Shown here: one piece after another, positions 1-8,731 of the stretch
Layout of the letters: each line of letters starts with the position of its first letter
How positions within the stretch are numbered: the first letter of the stretch is position 1
DNA from: Rhodospirillales bacterium
Lineage (GTDB): Bacteria; Pseudomonadota; Alphaproteobacteria; JAEULC01
Assembly (NCBI GenBank): GCA_052387895.1
Contig: JBQTIS010000124.1
Location: 1-26,086, forward strand
Reading direction: 5' to 3'
Length of the DNA stretch: 26,086 nucleotides
Program-made: the position numbers and the translations under genes
Notes under the pieces: generated by a model
Told to the model about the DNA's origin: nothing
Database searches by the model: none
What the model saw: only the letters and a program-made list of their open reading frames with translations

Positions 1-1
1 G

Positions 2-55
2 GTCCCGATGAGCGATGATCCCAACGTCACGCCGCCGGCGCTCGCCGCGGCCTGA
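2..55 (+). CDS. Possible 3' end of an upstream CDS (...VPMSDDPNVTPPALAAA*), partial
   Basis: Frame 2 is open from the window edge to TGA at 53-55 with GC3-rich codons; too short to identify. Confidence 0.3.
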   Translation, partial: VPMSDDPNVTPPALAAA

Positions 56-319
56 CCGGCAGCCTGCAGAGCCGCCGATCACGAGCGTACCGCCCGTGCT
101 CTTACACCACGTCTGGGGACACGACCATTGCCGGCGAGATCATCGGCCGGCGAACCTCTCGCTCCTCCAATTTTCCAACCCTGTTGTAGATCGGCCACAG
201 CAGGCTAACGCGACTGGTGTTTTGGAATTTCGCCCGTCCGCGCGGAACAGAATCAATCCCGACCACTAAAAAACGACCGGATTCGACGTTCCAAGATGGC
301 GGCTAAGCGATTGAAATAA

Positions 320-396
320 TGGCGCGCCCGGGAAGATTCGAACTCCCAACCCTCAGATCCGTAGTCTGATGCTCTATCCAGTTGAGCTACGGGCGC
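320..396 (-). tRNA. tRNA-Arg(ACG), 77 nt with encoded CCA
   Basis: Reverse complement GCGCCCGTAGCTCAACTGGATAGAGCATCAGACTACGGATCTGAGGGTTGGGAGTTCGAATCTTCCCGGGCGCGCCA: acceptor stem GCGCCCG/CGGGCGC, anticodon stem TCAGA/TCTGA with loop CT-ACG-GA, TTCGAAT T-loop. Confidence 0.98.
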
Positions 397-411
397 AGCT
401 TAAGGCGAGGC

Positions 412-440
412 ACACTAGCCAATGCATTCTCCTATTACAA
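412..440 (-). promoter_or_regulatory. Putative sigma70 promoter of tRNA-Arg
   Basis: TTGTAA (435-440) - 17 nt - TAGTGT (412-417) on the minus strand, followed by a GC-rich discriminator just upstream of the tRNA. Confidence 0.6.
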
Positions 441-487
441 GCATCGGATACTCCAAGCAAAAATGGCGGTTGGGCGGCGCAGGCGCT

Positions 488-496
488 TGTGGATAA
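488..496 (-). promoter_or_regulatory. Perfect DnaA box (TTATCCACA on minus strand)
   Basis: TGTGGATAA at 488-496 in the AT-richer intergenic region. Confidence 0.55.
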
Positions 497-625
497 CGTT
501 TCATTTTCTGTATTATCAAGCGGTTCCGGATTGATACCTTGGCAGATTCGCGAGCAAAGTCGCGCAAGCGGTGGTAAAGGCGTGGGCCGCTTTGGCGAAC
601 CGCGCCGTGGGAAGGCGAAACGGAC

Positions 626-1893
626 GTGCGTGTGAGGATGAATCCGCGTCGGCGCGGCGTGGCCATGACCGTCATGGCGCTCACGCTTGGCGCATGCACC
701 ACGTCGGACATCATGCCGACGCTGACCTCGACGCCGCCCAGCGGCAAGGCGCCGCCGTCTTCCGTGTCGGCGCTGGCGCCGAATCCGCCCCAGCCCGAGG
801 TTCCGCAGGTTTCCTCGTCCTATGCCCGCCCCGCCGCCACGGGCGCGGCCATGGCGCAAGCGACGCCCCCGCGCGCAGCGCCTACGCCCGTCAACCAGGG
901 CCAGGGCCAGGGTCAGCCGCCGGCGGCTCCGCCGATGGCCCAGCCCGCGGGTCCCACCAACACCCCCGGCACGCCCACCGGCACCTTTGTCGGCCAGAAA
1001 ATCCAGCAGCAGCGCGCCGAGCTGGTGCGCCTGCAAGGGCTGATCTCCACCCACAACGCCGAGCTGCAGCAGAACCGCGCCGACATGATCCAGCAGTCGC
1101 GCGGCTATCACCAAACGGTGGCCGCGGTGAACGCGCGGCTGCAGGTCGGCACACCCCCGGCAATCCCGAGTTGGTGGCGATGTGGAACCAGGCGCAGGGC
1201 GAGCTCGACAAGCTCGACGGCAGCATCGCGCGGCTGAACCGGCTCACCAACGCCACGGCGGGCGACGCGTCGATGGCCGTGTATCTGCTCGATTCCACGC
1301 GCGCCACCTATTCGCTGTCCGGCGCGGTCGACGAGGACCACCGCCAGATCGCGATCCTCGAGGACGAGATCAACCGCACCGTGGTGCTGATCGAGCGCCT
1401 GTTGAGCGAGCTGAACGAGGACCTGCAGCGACAGAACAATTACCTGGCCGGCGAGCGGCGCAACCTGCAACTCCTGTCGGTCGCGGTGAAGAACGGCGAG
1501 CTGTACGGCCCAAGCCTCTACAACCGCCCGTTCGTCCATACCGGGCCGACGCAAACCTCGGCCGCCGGCACGCCGGCCCCGGCGCCCCAGCCCATCGGCA
1601 CCCGCCGCCCTCTGGTGGTGATCAAGTTCACCCGGCCCAACGTCGAATACGAGCAGCAGCTCTACGCCGCCGTCGCCCAGGCGCTGGACCGCAAGCCCGA
1701 CGCCATGTTCGACCTGGTGGCGGTGGCGCCGGCCAAGCCCGCCGCCGGCGCCGCGGGCGCCTCGGCCCGGCGCTCGGCCGAAGGCGTCATGCGCTCGCTC
1801 ACCGGCATGGGCCTGCCGGCCAACCGGGTAACGCTCTCCGCCACCAACAGCGCCCAGGCCCAGGTCAACGAAGTGCATCTTTACGTCCGCTAG
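626..1893 (+). pseudogene. Hypothetical lipoprotein (Pro/Gln-rich linker, coiled coil, C-terminal alpha/beta domain) interrupted by a frameshift at ~1151-1153; pseudogene or sequencing error
   Basis: The 626 frame gives a lipobox (LTLGAC) and coding-like sequence to ...RLQVGT; the 571..1893 frame takes over at ...PGNPELVAMWNQAQGELD... to EVHLYVR*. Start could be 626 (GTG) or 638 (ATG). Confidence 0.75.
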
Positions 1894-1911
1894 CAGGCGG
1901 CGTTCCGGCAC

Positions 1912-1920
1912 TTATCCACA
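1912..1920 (+). promoter_or_regulatory. Perfect DnaA box TTATCCACA
   Basis: Exact 9-mer in the intergenic gap between the lipoprotein stop and the DUF4864 gene. Confidence 0.55.
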
Positions 1921-2003
1921 AGACGCCTTCCCCGAGGAAATAGCGGGTCCGGCCCCGGTGTATGCTTGCTTGCGGAAGCCGCCGCTCGCCCCGAGGGTAA
2001 GTC

Positions 2004-2456
2004 ATGCGCCGTTGGCTGATTGCCGTGCCGACCGTTTTTTTCCTGGCCATTGCTGCGCCGTCGCTTGCGCTGGCGCAGGGATCCGGCCAGCCCATGGCCC
2101 TGCCCGATGACGACCGCGACGCCATTCGCCAGGTGATCGAACGCCAGCTCCAGGCCTTCCAGCGCGACGACGGGGCGGCGGCGTTTTCCTATGCCGCGCC
2201 AGGCATCCAGTCCAAGTTCCAGAACGCCGAGATGTTCATGGACATGGTGCGCCAGGGCTACCAAAGCGTCTATCGGCCGCGCGCCGTGCAGTTCAAGGAC
2301 ATCATCTCGCTCGAAGGCACACCGGCGCAGCGGCTGATCGTGATCGGCCCGGACGGCGTACCGATGATCGCGGTCTATCCCATGCGCCGCATGCTCGACG
2401 GCTCGTGGCGCATCGACGGCTGCGTGCTGGTGCCGTTCCGTCAAAGCGACACCTGA
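2004..2456 (+). CDS. DUF4864-family exported protein
   Basis: Signal peptide (ends ALA-Q); [24 protein letters not shown] and [16 protein letters not shown]-terminal WRIDGC are typical of DUF4864. Confidence 0.8.
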   Translation: MRRWLIAVPTVFFLAIAAPSLALAQGSGQPMALPDDDRDAIRQVIERQLQAFQRDDGAAAFSYAAPGIQSKFQNAEMFMDMVRQGYQSVYRPRAVQFKDIISLEGTPAQRLIVIGPDGVPMIAVYPMRRMLDGSWRIDGCVLVPFRQSDT

Positions 2457-2544
2457 AATCGGCCGGGCGCCCGCGGCGCCATTGCCTGGCCGGGGCCGTG
2501 CCGGTTTAATCGCGGCTTCGCATCCGCCGGTGAAGGGGAAGCCC

Positions 2545-3033
2545 ATGGCCGATCAGTCGCGCTACGCCAAAGACTTTCCGGTTTCCTGGGAAGAGCTGAA
2601 TCGCAACGGCCGGGCCCTGGCCTGGCGGCTGGTGGACAAGGGGCCGTGGCGGGGCATCGTCGCCATCACCCGCGGCGGCTTGGTGCCGGCGGCGATCGTC
2701 GCACGCGAGCTCGAAATCCGCCTGATCGACACGATCTGCGTGGTCAGCTACGACCACAAAAACCAGGGCGAGGTGACGATCACCAAGGGCGTCGCCGGCG
2801 ACGGCAAGGGCTGGCTGGTGGTCGACGACCTGGTGGACACGGGCAAAACCATGCGGGCGGTGCGCGCCATGCTGCCCAAGGCGCATGTCGCGGCGATCTA
2901 CGCCAAGCCGGCGGGCCGGCCGCTGGTCGACACCTACATCACCGAGGTCAGCCAGGACACCTGGATTCATTTTCCCTGGGACCTCGAGCCGCAATTCGCC
3001 CAGCCCATCGCCGGCAACCGCCAACGCGCCTGA
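2545..3033 (+). CDS. gpt: Xanthine phosphoribosyltransferase
   Basis: PRPP-binding motif [31 protein letters not shown]; ATG at 2545 after GAAGGGGAAG. Confidence 0.92.
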   Translation: MADQSRYAKDFPVSWEELNRNGRALAWRLVDKGPWRGIVAITRGGLVPAAIVARELEIRLIDTICVVSYDHKNQGEVTITKGVAGDGKGWLVVDDLVDTGKTMRAVRAMLPKAHVAAIYAKPAGRPLVDTYITEVSQDTWIHFPWDLEPQFAQPIAGNRQRA

Positions 3034-3039
3034 GTCCGC

Positions 3040-3525
3040 ATGGACGCCGGGCCAGCGCTCTTGACCATCGGCTACCAGGGCGCCTCGCTCGCCCAATTCG
3101 TCGCCTGCCTCGGCGAAGCGGGCGTGCGCACGCTGATCGACGTGCGCTACCAGCCCTTCTCGATGCGGCCCGAGTTTCGCCAAGGGGCGCTCGCCGCCGC
3201 CTTGTCGGACTCCGGCATCGCCTACAGGCATTTGAAAGCGCTGGGCAACCCGCCGCCGTCGCGCGACGCCGCCCGGGCCGGCGACCGGGGCCGCTACCGC
3301 CTTCTGTTTGCGGCCCATCTCGACACGGATGCGGCGCGGGGCGCGCTCGAACAGGTGATCGGTCTGTGCGCCGCGGGCCCAACGGCGCTGATGTGCCTGG
3401 AGCGCGATCCGAAGGATTGCCACCGGCTGATGGTGGCGGACCGCGTCGCCGCCCTGTCGGGGTTGAGCGTCGCCCATCTCCGACCCGCCGGCCCGCCGCC
3501 GGCGGGGCAGCGGTTTCTGTTCTAA
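3040..3525 (+). CDS. DUF488 domain-containing protein
   Basis: LLTIGYQG, LIDVRYQPFS, LKALGNP and ALMCLERDPKDCHR motifs. Confidence 0.85.
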   Translation: MDAGPALLTIGYQGASLAQFVACLGEAGVRTLIDVRYQPFSMRPEFRQGALAAALSDSGIAYRHLKALGNPPPSRDAARAGDRGRYRLLFAAHLDTDAARGALEQVIGLCAAGPTALMCLERDPKDCHRLMVADRVAALSGLSVAHLRPAGPPPAGQRFLF

Positions 3526-3989
3526 CCGTCGCGGCGGGGCCGGTGCAGCGGCCACAGTTTTTCCATGCACAGATAGGTGAACGACGCCGACCAGCCGATC
3601 AACAGCAGGCCGTTCAGCGCCTCGATGCCCGAGACGAGCTGCAAGCCGCCCAGCGGCACAATGTCGCCGAAGCCGAGCGAGGTGTAGGTGACCGAAGAGA
3701 AGTACAAAAGGCTCGCGAAATCCTTAATCGGCCTGCCGTCGTAATGCGCCAGGCCGACGCCGCCGACGCCCGCGCCCGTTTCCGCCATCAGCCAGTACCC
3801 GACGGCATAGATATAGACCTCGACCGTGTGCGCGGCGAACACGCCGAAAATCACGAACATGATCCGCGCCCGCGGCCGCACCATCGTGAGCCTCGGCAGC
3901 AGGCGCCCCGAGATCAGACGCAGCGCCTCGTAGTGGACCAGGATGGTCAAGCCGACTAGCACAATCCCGAACGCGATAGCCGACAGCAT
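3522..3989 (-). CDS. Small potassium-channel-family (Ion_trans_2) membrane protein
   Basis: Pore helix and filter YFSSVTYTSLGFGDIVP flanked by hydrophobic helices. Confidence 0.85.
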   Translation of the reverse strand: MLSAIAFGIVLVGLTILVHYEALRLISGRLLPRLTMVRPRARIMFVIFGVFAAHTVEVYIYAVGYWLMAETGAGVGGVGLAHYDGRPIKDFASLLYFSSVTYTSLGFGDIVPLGGLQLVSGIEALNGLLLIGWSASFTYLCMEKLWPLHRPRRDG

Positions 3990-4081
3990 GGTCGATCCTC
4001 CGGCCGCCGCGGCGCCGGGCCGGGCGGGTTGCGGCGACTATCCCATATCTGGATTCCGTAATCCCCTGCTAGGATGCCGCG

Positions 4082-5797
4082 ATGATTTCCATTCCTCGCC
4101 TGCTGCTGGCGCCGTTGGCCGCATACGCGCTGCTGGCGCTCTCGCTTGGCGGCGGCCAGGCGGGCGAACCTGCGACCGCCAAACGCCAGATGGTCGCGGC
4201 GGCCAATCCGCTCGCGGCCGAGGCGGGCCTGGCGGTGCTGCGCCAAGGCGGCGGCGCCATCGACGCCGCGATCGCCGCGCAGATGGTCTTGAACCTGGTC
4301 GAGCCGCAATCCTCGGGCATAGGCGGCGGCGCGTTCATCGTGCACTACGACGCCAAGGCGCGGATTGCGACGACGTATGACGGCCGCGAAACCGCCCCCG
4401 CCGCCGCCAAGCCGGAGCGGTTCCTGGGGCCCGACGGCAAGCCGCTGCCGTTCCGCCAAGCCGTTTCCGGCGGCCTGTCCGTCGGCGTGCCGGGCGTGCT
4501 GCGCGCGCTGGAGCTGGCGCACAAAGCCCACGGCAAGCTCGATTGGGCCGAGCTGTTCCAGCCCGCGATTCAACTGTCGCGGCAGGGCTTTCCGGTTTCG
4601 CCGCGCCTGAGCGCGCTGCTGGCCGAGGAAAAGGCGCTGCGCGGCGACGCGGCCGCGCGGGCCTATTTCTACGCGCCCGACGGCGCCCCCTGGCCGCCCG
4701 GTCATGTGCTGAAGAACCCCGCCCTCGCGCGCACGCTGGAGCTGGTTGCGCGGGGCGGGCCCGACGCGTTCTATCGCGGCGAGATCGCCCGGGCCGTTGC
4801 CGCCGCCGTGACCGGCGCCGCCGGGAATCCGGGCGACCTGACGGAGGCCGACCTCGCCGCCTATCGCGCGGTCGAGCGCGCGCCGGTCTGCGGGCCCTAT
4901 CGCGCCTGGCTGGTCTGCGGCATGGGGCCGCCGAGCTCGGGCGGGCTCGCCGTGCTCCAGATCCTCGGCATGTTGCAGCGCTTCGAGCTGAAGGCGATGA
5001 AGCCGATGTCGGCCGAGGCGGTGCACCTGATCGCCGAGGCGATGCGGCTGGCCTATGCCGACCGCGGCCGCTACATGGCCGATTCCGATTTCGTGAAAGT
5101 GCCGGTCAAGGGCTTGATCGACCCGGCTTACCTGGCGCGGCGCGCCGGGCTGATCGCGCCGGCCCGGGCGATGGACAAGGCCGAGCCGGGCGATCCGCCG
5201 GGGCGCGAGGCGCGCTTCTGGGGCGACGACGATTCGCGCGAAGTTCCCGCCACCAGTCACTTGGTCGCGGTCGACGCCTGGGGCAACGCCGTGTCGATGA
5301 CCACGACCATCGAGGACGCGTTCGGCGCGCGGCTGATGGTCGAAGGCTTCCTGCTCAACAACGAGCTGACGGATTTCTCGTTCCGGCCCGACGACGACGG
5401 CAAGCCGGTGGCCAACCGGGTCGAGCCCGGCAAGCGCCCGCGCTCGTCGATGGCGCCGACCCTGGTGTTCGACCGCGGCGGCCGGCTGGTCATGGCCGTG
5501 GGCTCGCCCGGCGGCAGCGCGATCATAAACTACGTGGCCAAAACGCTGATTGGCGTGCTGGACTGGGGCCTCGACATCCAGCTTGCGATCGAGCTGCCGA
5601 ACTTCGGCAACCGCGGCGGGACGACCGAGCTGGAGAAGGGCACGGCCGTCGAGGCGCTGAGGCCCGCGCTCGAAGCGATGGGCCACAAGATATCGGTCAT
5701 CCCCTTCGTCAGCGGGCTGCACGCCATCGCGCCGACCCCCGCCGGGCTTTCGGGCGGTGCCGATCCGCGGCGCGAAGGCGTCGCGCGCGGGGATTAG
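4082..5797 (+). CDS. ggt: Gamma-glutamyltransferase (exported)
   Basis: Signal peptide; EPQSSGIGGGAF, YDGRETAPAA, nucleophile Thr at TSHLVAVD, LLNNELTDFS, PGKRPRSSMAP, GSPGG. Confidence 0.95.
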   Translation: MISIPRLLLAPLAAYALLALSLGGGQAGEPATAKRQMVAAANPLAAEAGLAVLRQGGGAIDAAIAAQMVLNLVEPQSSGIGGGAFIVHYDAKARIATTYDGRETAPAAAKPERFLGPDGKPLPFRQAVSGGLSVGVPGVLRALELAHKAHGKLDWAELFQPAIQLSRQGFPVSPRLSALLAEEKALRGDAAARAYFYAPDGAPWPPGHVLKNPALARTLELVARGGPDAFYRGEIARAVAAAVTGAAGNPGDLTEADLAAYRAVERAPVCGPYRAWLVCGMGPPSSGGLAVLQILGMLQRFELKAMKPMSAEAVHLIAEAMRLAYADRGRYMADSDFVKVPVKGLIDPAYLARRAGLIAPARAMDKAEPGDPPGREARFWGDDDSREVPATSHLVAVDAWGNAVSMTTTIEDAFGARLMVEGFLLNNELTDFSFRPDDDGKPVANRVEPGKRPRSSMAPTLVFDRGGRLVMAVGSPGGSAIINYVAKTLIGVLDWGLDIQLAIELPNFGNRGGTTELEKGTAVEALRPALEAMGHKISVIPFVSGLHAIAPTPAGLSGGADPRREGVARGD

Positions 5798-5799
5798 CG

Positions 5800-7017
5800 G
5801 TGGCGGCAGTGGCGCTGCAATCCGCTTCCGGCGCGCGGCCGGCGCTCCGCCTGTTGCCCGGCCGCGACAGGCGCGCCAGGCAGGGCCATCCCTGGGTCTA
5901 TTCCAACGAGATCGTCATGGACGCGGCGGCCAAGTCGCTGGCGCCGGGAACCGTCGTGGCGCTCAGCTCGGCCGAGGGTGGCGCGATCGGCGCGGCGACG
6001 TTCAACCCGCGCACGCTGGTGGCCGCGCGCATCCTCGACCGCGATCCGAACGCCGGCATCGACGCCGAATTCCTCGCGCGCCGCCTCAAGCGCGCGCTCG
6101 ATCTGCGCGCGCGGCTGTTCGACGGGGCGTATTACCGCCTGGTCCACGCCGAGGCCGACGGCCTGCCGGGCCTGGTAGTCGACCGCTACGGCGACGTGGC
6201 GGTGGCGCAGGTGAACACGGCGGGGATCGAGCTTTTGACCCCCGCGCTGGTCGCGGCGCTGGACCGCGTGCTCGAGCCCGCCGCCATCGTGCTGCGCAAC
6301 GACGGCTCGATGCGCGCGCTCGAGGGCCTGGGACAGGAGGTGCGCGTCGCCAAGGGCCGGGTCGAAGGCCCGGTCAAGGTGCTGGAAAACGGCGTGGTGT
6401 TTCATGCCGACGTCCTGGGCGGGCAGAAGACCGGCTGGTTCTTCGATCAACGCGGCAACCGCGCTTTCATGGCGGCTTTGTGCCGGGGCGGCGCCCGGAT
6501 GCTCGATCTCTATAGCCACACCGGCGGCTTCGCGATCCAGGCTGCGATGGCCGGCGCCGGTGCGGTCGACGCGGTGGACCGCAGCGAGCCGGCCCTCGCC
6601 TTGGCCGAGCGCGCGGCGCGGGAGAACGGCTGCGCCGGGCGCTGCAAATTCGCCCGCGCCGAGGTGTTCGCCGAGGCCGACAGGCGCGCGGCCGCGGGCG
6701 AGCGCTACGACGTGGTGATCGCCGATCCCCCGGCCTTCGTAAAATCGAAGAAGGACGTCCAGGCCGGCGCGCGCGGCTATCGCAAGCTGGCGCGGCTATG
6801 CGCGCGTCTGGCCGCTCCCGGCGGGGTGATGTTCATCGCCTCGTGCTCGCACAACATCGAGGCGGAAACCTTCGCCGAGCAGGTGCGCCGGGGCCTGGGA
6901 GACGCCGGGCGCGACGGCCGCATCATCCGCTCGGCCGGCGCCGGGCCCGATCATCCCGTGCATCCGCACCTGCCGGAAACGGCGTATCTGAAGGCGTTGA
7001 CGCTGGCGCTGGACTGA
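5800..7017 (+). CDS. Class I SAM-dependent rRNA methyltransferase, RlmI family
   Basis: GHPWVYSNE (PUA), EADGLPGLVVDRY, GQKTGWFFDQR, LDLYSHTGGF, DPPAF, ETAYLK; start GTG 5800 or 5809. Confidence 0.88.
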   Translation: MAAVALQSASGARPALRLLPGRDRRARQGHPWVYSNEIVMDAAAKSLAPGTVVALSSAEGGAIGAATFNPRTLVAARILDRDPNAGIDAEFLARRLKRALDLRARLFDGAYYRLVHAEADGLPGLVVDRYGDVAVAQVNTAGIELLTPALVAALDRVLEPAAIVLRNDGSMRALEGLGQEVRVAKGRVEGPVKVLENGVVFHADVLGGQKTGWFFDQRGNRAFMAALCRGGARMLDLYSHTGGFAIQAAMAGAGAVDAVDRSEPALALAERAARENGCAGRCKFARAEVFAEADRRAAAGERYDVVIADPPAFVKSKKDVQAGARGYRKLARLCARLAAPGGVMFIASCSHNIEAETFAEQVRRGLGDAGRDGRIIRSAGAGPDHPVHPHLPETAYLKALTLALD

Positions 7018-7039
7018 AGGCGGCCGCCCGCCGCGGCCC

Positions 7040-7231
7040 CTAACCGTGCGCGCCTTTCTGCATGTCGTAGTGGCGCTTCACCATCGCGCCGACAATCAGC
7101 ACGGCCAGCGCGAACACCGCCAGGCCCAGATAATAGAACGTGGCGTCATGCGCGGATGCCGACAGAAACAGGCCCAGCACGCCGACCAGCCCGATCACGC
7201 CGCCCGCGATCCATTTTCCTGTCCCCTGCAT
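7040..7231 (-). CDS. Small two-TM hypothetical membrane protein (63 aa)
   Basis: ATG at 7231 preceded by GGGGAG; two hydrophobic segments, GC3-rich codons. Confidence 0.7.
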   Translation of the reverse strand: MQGTGKWIAGGVIGLVGVLGLFLSASAHDATFYYLGLAVFALAVLIVGAMVKRHYDMQKGAHG

Positions 7232-7276
7232 CGTCTCCCCCGGTCTCGCCGCCATTCGAAAGCGGCGAACTTGCTA

Positions 7277-8731
7277 TCAGGAAACCTCGCGGCCGGGCAA
7301 GTCCCCGGGCGCGCCCCGCGGCGCCGCCGCGTCGCCCGCCTGGGCTTCGGGCAGCTCCAGGCGGAAGCGCGTGCCGCCGGGGCCGGTGTCCTGCAACGTC
7401 ACGTCGCCGCCATGCGCGCGCAAAATCTCGCGCGCGATCGCCAGGCCCAGGCCCGTGCCGCCCCTGCGCGTCGAGCCGGCGAACGGAACGAACAGCCGCT
7501 CGCGCGCGGCGGGCGCGATGCCCGGCCCGTCATCGGCCACGATGATCGCCACGCGTCCTTGCGCCTGCGCGGCCTTGAACGAGATGCGCCCGGCGCCCGA
7601 CTCCATCGCGTTACGCGCCAGGTTCGACACGGCGCGGAACAGCTGCTCGCGGTCGGCGTTCGCTTGGATCGCCGGGTCGATGTCGTTGCTCCAGCGCGCG
7701 CCCACGGCCGCGGGGGCCAGGCCCGCGATCACCTCTTCCACCAAATCGCGCAGCACGAGGCGCGCGCGCTTCAGCGCCGGCCCGGCATCGTCGCGCGTGA
7801 ATTCGAGCGTGCGCGTGCAAAGGCCCACCGCCTTGTCGATGGCGTCCAGCAGCGTCGGCGCGGTCTTGCGCACATAGGGGTCGGCGCTGGTCGTGAGCCG
7901 GTCCGAGACCAGCCGGGCGGTCGAGAGGATGTTGCGCAGGTCGTGGTTGATCTTGCCGACCGCCGCGCCCAGGGCCGCCAGATGCCCTTTCTGCCTCAAC
8001 GCCGCCAGCAGCCCGCGCTGCATCAGGGCCAGCTCGCGCATCGCCACGCCGATCTCGTCGCCGCGCGCGGTCGGCGCCGCCAGCGACGCGGGGCTCTCGG
8101 GCTCGGCGCGGAACGCCACCATGGCGTCGGTCAAGCGGCGCATGGGCCTGACCATCATCAGCTGCAGCGCCAGGAACACCAGTCCCGCCGTCATCATGGA
8201 AATCGCGATCGACAACGCCAGGATGCGCTGGGAATAGCCGATCATGGAGCGGCGCAGCGCCGATTCGCGCATCACGATCTCGACGGTCACGTCGGGCGCC
8301 TTGGGCGCCGCGCCCAGCACGCGCAGCGTGCGCATCTCGTCGGCCACCAGCGTGTGCAGCGCGTTGCGGATGGCGGTGAACCACGTGGACTGGCGCAAGT
8401 CCACCGTGGCGTCGGGCTGCGGCACCCGGTCCAGCATCAGCATGACGGCCGCCTTGCCCGGCGCGCGCACGGCGATGGCCGAGGCCTCGGCGTGATCCAG
8501 CAGCCGCTGGGTCAGCATCTGGCTCGCGGTATTGGGGTCGCTCGCCTCCAGCGCCAGAATCGCCAGATGCGCGTTGCTGAGCCGGTCCTCAAGATAGTCG
8601 ATGCGGAAGCGCGCGATCGACGGCAGGTAGATCAGCACCTCGGCCAGCATCACGAACGCCATGGTCATCAACAGCAGCCGCGCGGACAGCCCGCGCGCCC
8701 AGGGCGCTAGCCAATGCCGCCGGGCGCTCAT
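7277..8731 (-). CDS. HAMP-domain sensor histidine kinase (orphan)
   Basis: Two TM helices, HAMP (PTARGDEIG), H-box INHDLRNIL, N-box NLARNA, DDGPGI, GTGLGLAIA; ATG 8731 overlaps upstream TGA (ATGA). Confidence 0.92.
   Translation of the reverse strand: MSARRHWLAPWARGLSARLLLMTMAFVMLAEVLIYLPSIARFRIDYLEDRLSNAHLAILALEASDPNTASQMLTQRLLDHAEASAIAVRAPGKAAVMLMLDRVPQPDATVDLRQSTWFTAIRNALHTLVADEMRTLRVLGAAPKAPDVTVEIVMRESALRRSMIGYSQRILALSIAISMMTAGLVFLALQLMMVRPMRRLTDAMVAFRAEPESPASLAAPTARGDEIGVAMRELALMQRGLLAALRQKGHLAALGAAVGKINHDLRNILSTARLVSDRLTTSADPYVRKTAPTLLDAIDKAVGLCTRTLEFTRDDAGPALKRARLVLRDLVEEVIAGLAPAAVGARWSNDIDPAIQANADREQLFRAVSNLARNAMESGAGRISFKAAQAQGRVAIIVADDGPGIAPAARERLFVPFAGSTRRGGTGLGLAIAREILRAHGGDVTLQDTGPGGTRFRLELPEAQAGDAAAPRGAPGDLPGREVS

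Noticed and set aside
15-269. 84-aa ORF at the window start
   Set aside because: No family motif, no RBS, atypical composition; spans an AT-richer intergenic tract
290-469. Imperfect TCCAAG...ATGGCGG repeats on both sides of the tRNA
   Set aside because: Short, differently spaced, compatible with chance; not a convincing target-site duplication
397-625. oriC candidate (DnaA box, IHF-like site, AT tract)
   Set aside because: Only one perfect box in the gap, no box cluster or clear unwinding repeats, no dnaA/hemE context; kept only as a regulatory-site finding
3956-5722. 588-aa antisense ORF over ggt, and similar long shadow ORFs (7046..8710, 12350..13936, 18076..19953, 19775..21061)
   Set aside because: Antisense or alternative frames of well-supported genes; expected in high-GC DNA; no recognisable motifs
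4543-5799. Apparent 824-aa ORF joining ggt region to the methyltransferase
   Set aside because: The N-terminal part is an off-frame shadow of ggt; the methyltransferase signal begins only after 5800
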